Shown here: one piece after another, positions 6,061 through 8,254 of the stretch
Layout: each line of letters begins with the position of its first letter
Numbering within the stretch: position 1 is the first letter of the stretch
Source: Zygophlyctis sp. KS116
Lineage: Eukaryota; Fungi; Chytridiomycota
Direction of reading: 5' to 3'
Length of the DNA stretch: 8,254 bases
NCBI GenBank assembly: GCA_054661495.1
Contig: BAAFSQ010000384.1
Coordinates: forward strand, 1-8,254
Position numbers and translations under genes: made by a program
The notes under the pieces: generated by a model
Told to the model about the DNA's origin: nothing
The model's input: the letters and a program-made list of their open reading frames with translations, nothing else
Database searches by the model: none

Positions 6061-8144
6061 TTAATCTAACACCAACTTGATTTCATTCGTAGTTCTAGTT
6101 GCAGTGACAGAAAGGCCTGCTACATTAGGCTTCAACGACAGCTTCTTCATTCTAATATTAGAAAAAAAGGAAAATTACGGTTTGATTTCTACAATAGGTT
6201 CTGGAATAGAATCACAAGGCGTAGATATCGACAGAGGAATATCTGGCTCATCAATTGATCCATCTTCATCCAGGAGCTTCATCCGTTTAGCCTCGGTTAC
6301 AGTATCCGGACCTGGAACTGGGCCTGATTCAGATGTCAGTTCAGGCGGAGTGTTGGGTTTCAAATCGGCTGCCTGTGGTTCCTTTCGTTTAGTCTTTTTA
6401 GTAATGACTGGATCCTCTCCTTCATGCACATCTACAGGAAGCTGGGATCTAAACGTATTAATAGATGGCTTGAATACCTCTTGATATGTCTAACAACTAT
6501 TGCCATGCATGTTTCATCGTATTTATCCCAAGATTTTACAAGCTTTATGAATTCTTGAATGGGCCATGAAATATCTAATTTACGAGCACCACCAGTGCTT
6601 TCTTTTGGCTTAATAGATAATCCAATATATAAACAAGTAATGTAAATTTTGGAAGTTGTTTCTTCTTCATTTACTGAATCGAGATCTTTTCCGTCTATTT
6701 CCCCACTTTCAGAGGAATTATTCGGTTGCTCGTTTTCTTCTTGTTTATTTTCTTCACTGACAAGATCCTGACTTGTTTTCTTAGCAACAAAAATTCCATG
6801 AGCTGCATCATGCTTTTCTTCTTCTGTATTACATTCAATTACAGAGTCGTAGCCTTTAATAAAAGGATGGGATATTTCGATATCATTGTTAACTTCTAAT
6901 TTCATTACAAGTTGTCTTAAACGAGACTCCACCATTCCAGACCAAGATAATTGCGATTCGGCTGTACTAGACGAAGCAATCACTTGGAGATAATATTTAT
7001 AGCGGGTGAAAAAATCATGTTTTGTAAAGAGTTCCGACCAAGAGGCTGAACCGATCATGATACGATCAACTAAATTTGCTGCTCTTTCGAATTCTCGAAG
7101 TTTGACTAATTGGGTTGAAATTGTAACATTGTGTGTAGCACACATTGAAGGATATGCAGGAGTGATAATGGGCATTCTGTGTCCTCTATCTTGCGCATAT
7201 GTACTTGGACTCCATATTCTTAATCCTAAATTTCCATCATCAATTGGTTTTAAAAGAACTGGCTGTGGCCAATTCCATTGCTGCATTATTCTGAAAAATT
7301 TAGAAACTATTACAGCTGCAGTAGCATTTGGATATAACTGACATACTCTTGCTACGGCAATAGCCCATGCAACACCTCCAAAAAACCCAAACACATTAGC
7401 ATAAATTGCTCTCTTTTTTGCCCAGTGCTTTATACATCGTAGAGATATTCTAAAGGCCTCAACATTCGGAACCAGCCTTAACATTTCATCAGTGACTCTT
7501 GAACCATTAAGACTTCGTACGCATCTTTCATCTAAATTTCTTAAAAGTGAATTATCCAACAATTCTAGATTATCAGGTACAGATGGTAATGATAACTGAG
7601 CAAAAACAAGATCGATTGGTATTCCTGAGAAAACAAACTTGATAACTGGAACGTATGCATCTGAGACCGCAGAGATTTCTGTAACCTCACTTTGTGATTT
7701 TAGTACTTCGAGCATCTGAGTAAAAAAGTCATCCCGTTTCACATGTTTTGGTGCCACACAGAGAGTATCAATATCAGATCCTTTACCATGTACTCCCAAT
7801 CTATAACTTCCAAAGGAAAATACTTTTCCGCCTGCTTCTCTAGCGATCGACTCTGGTAGATTATTCTTGATAGAAATATTGTAAACAAAATCTTTAAAAA
7901 GATGATTTAATTTACCAAGTACTGTAATTCTACCCAATTAGATTGATTAACAGTCCTGATAAAGACTGATTAGATTACCTAGTCATTCCTTCTTCTTCCG
8001 ATTCAAACAGACCGGCATCTTTTAAAGTTTGAACCAGCGATTCTGTTGAAGCTACTTCTGTTGGTGTGGAGGCCGAAGTTGAAATTGGAGGTGCTATTGC
8101 ATTATCAATATAAAGCTCTTACTGACACCCAAATACTTTGCCAT
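6061..8144 (-). CDS. PAP1: Canonical nuclear poly(A) polymerase; complement(join(6061..6151,6179..6448,6478..7929,7979..8093,8123..8144)), 649 aa
   Basis: Spliced N-terminus MAKYLGVTPPIS...LFESEEEGMTRITVL. Catalytic FGSYRLGV.GSDIDTL, AYVPVIK, IDL; RSLNGSRVTD, GFFGGVAWA, MPIITPAYPSMCATHNV, WSGMVESRLR, HIKRSQLP. An in-frame TGA at 8148-8150 fixes the start. Spliced length 1950 nt = 650 codons. The last exon (6061..6151) is less certain than the rest. Confidence 0.96.
6152..6178 (-). other. Micro-intron, 27 nt (PAP1 intron 4)
   Basis: GTAATTTTCCTTTTTTTCTAATATTAG with a CTAAT branch-like motif and an in-frame TAA. Removal opens a 29-aa tail ending NEIKLVLD. Confidence 0.82.
6449..6477 (-). other. 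Micro-intron, 29 nt (PAP1 intron 3)
   Basis: AG|GTATTC...ATTAATACGTTTAG. Removal restores the conserved HIKRSQLP and joins ORF 6175..6429. Confidence 0.93.
7930..7978 (-). other. Intron, 49 nt (PAP1 intron 2), with internal hairpin
   Basis: AG|GTAATC...CTAATTGGGTAG. Removal gives ESEEEGMTRITVL, colinear with known Pap1 N-termini. Confidence 0.92.
8094..8122 (-). other. Micro-intron, 29 nt (PAP1 intron 1)
   Basis: GTAAGA...ATAATGCAATAG. Removal restores the conserved GVTPPIS. Confidence 0.93.
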
Positions 8145-8254
8145 TTTTCAAATGTAGGCACCTAAACAGACAACACTAGCTCACTTAACTCTATTATCCT
8201 CTATTTTATGTTTAAATCTATAGAAATCTAATCAAATTCGACAGATACATCCAA

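Noticed and set aside
4191-7341. Antisense ORFs 4191..4400, 4802..5002, 6077..6484 and 7006..7341
   Set aside because: They lie opposite well-supported genes, mostly have non-ATG starts, and show no recognisable domains.
42-8144. Pseudogenes, frameshifts, sequencing errors or a non-standard genetic code explaining the broken ORFs
   Set aside because: Every break is bracketed by GTA...TAG, removal restores the reading frame and in most cases a conserved motif, and all five spliced CDSs have lengths divisible by three.

Overview
AT-rich eukaryotic DNA from an extremely compact genome. Protein similarity and gene structure suggest an early-diverging, chytrid-like fungus (inference only). The fragmented ORF track resolves into five intact spliced genes: ESF1 (+), a shortened C12orf4/FERRY3 (DUF2362)-like gene (+), ribophorin I/OST1 (+), a SET-MYND (SMYD/Set6-like) lysine methyltransferase (-) and canonical poly(A) polymerase PAP1 (-). 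Twelve GT-AG introns can be placed by hand; 11 are only 24-32 nt, and all begin GTA and end TAG. Between positions 42 and 8144, 7621 nt are coding, 354 nt intronic and only 128 nt intergenic (gaps of -14, 84, 17 and 27 nt). The main points of interest are the micro-intron system, same-strand genes with no room for separate promoters or terminators, CGC(G) motifs about 20 nt before three start codons (one inside the ESF1 coding sequence), a hairpin in the only long intron, and animal-like C-terminal modules on OST1 and PAP1. No RNA genes, CRISPR arrays or mobile elements were recognised.
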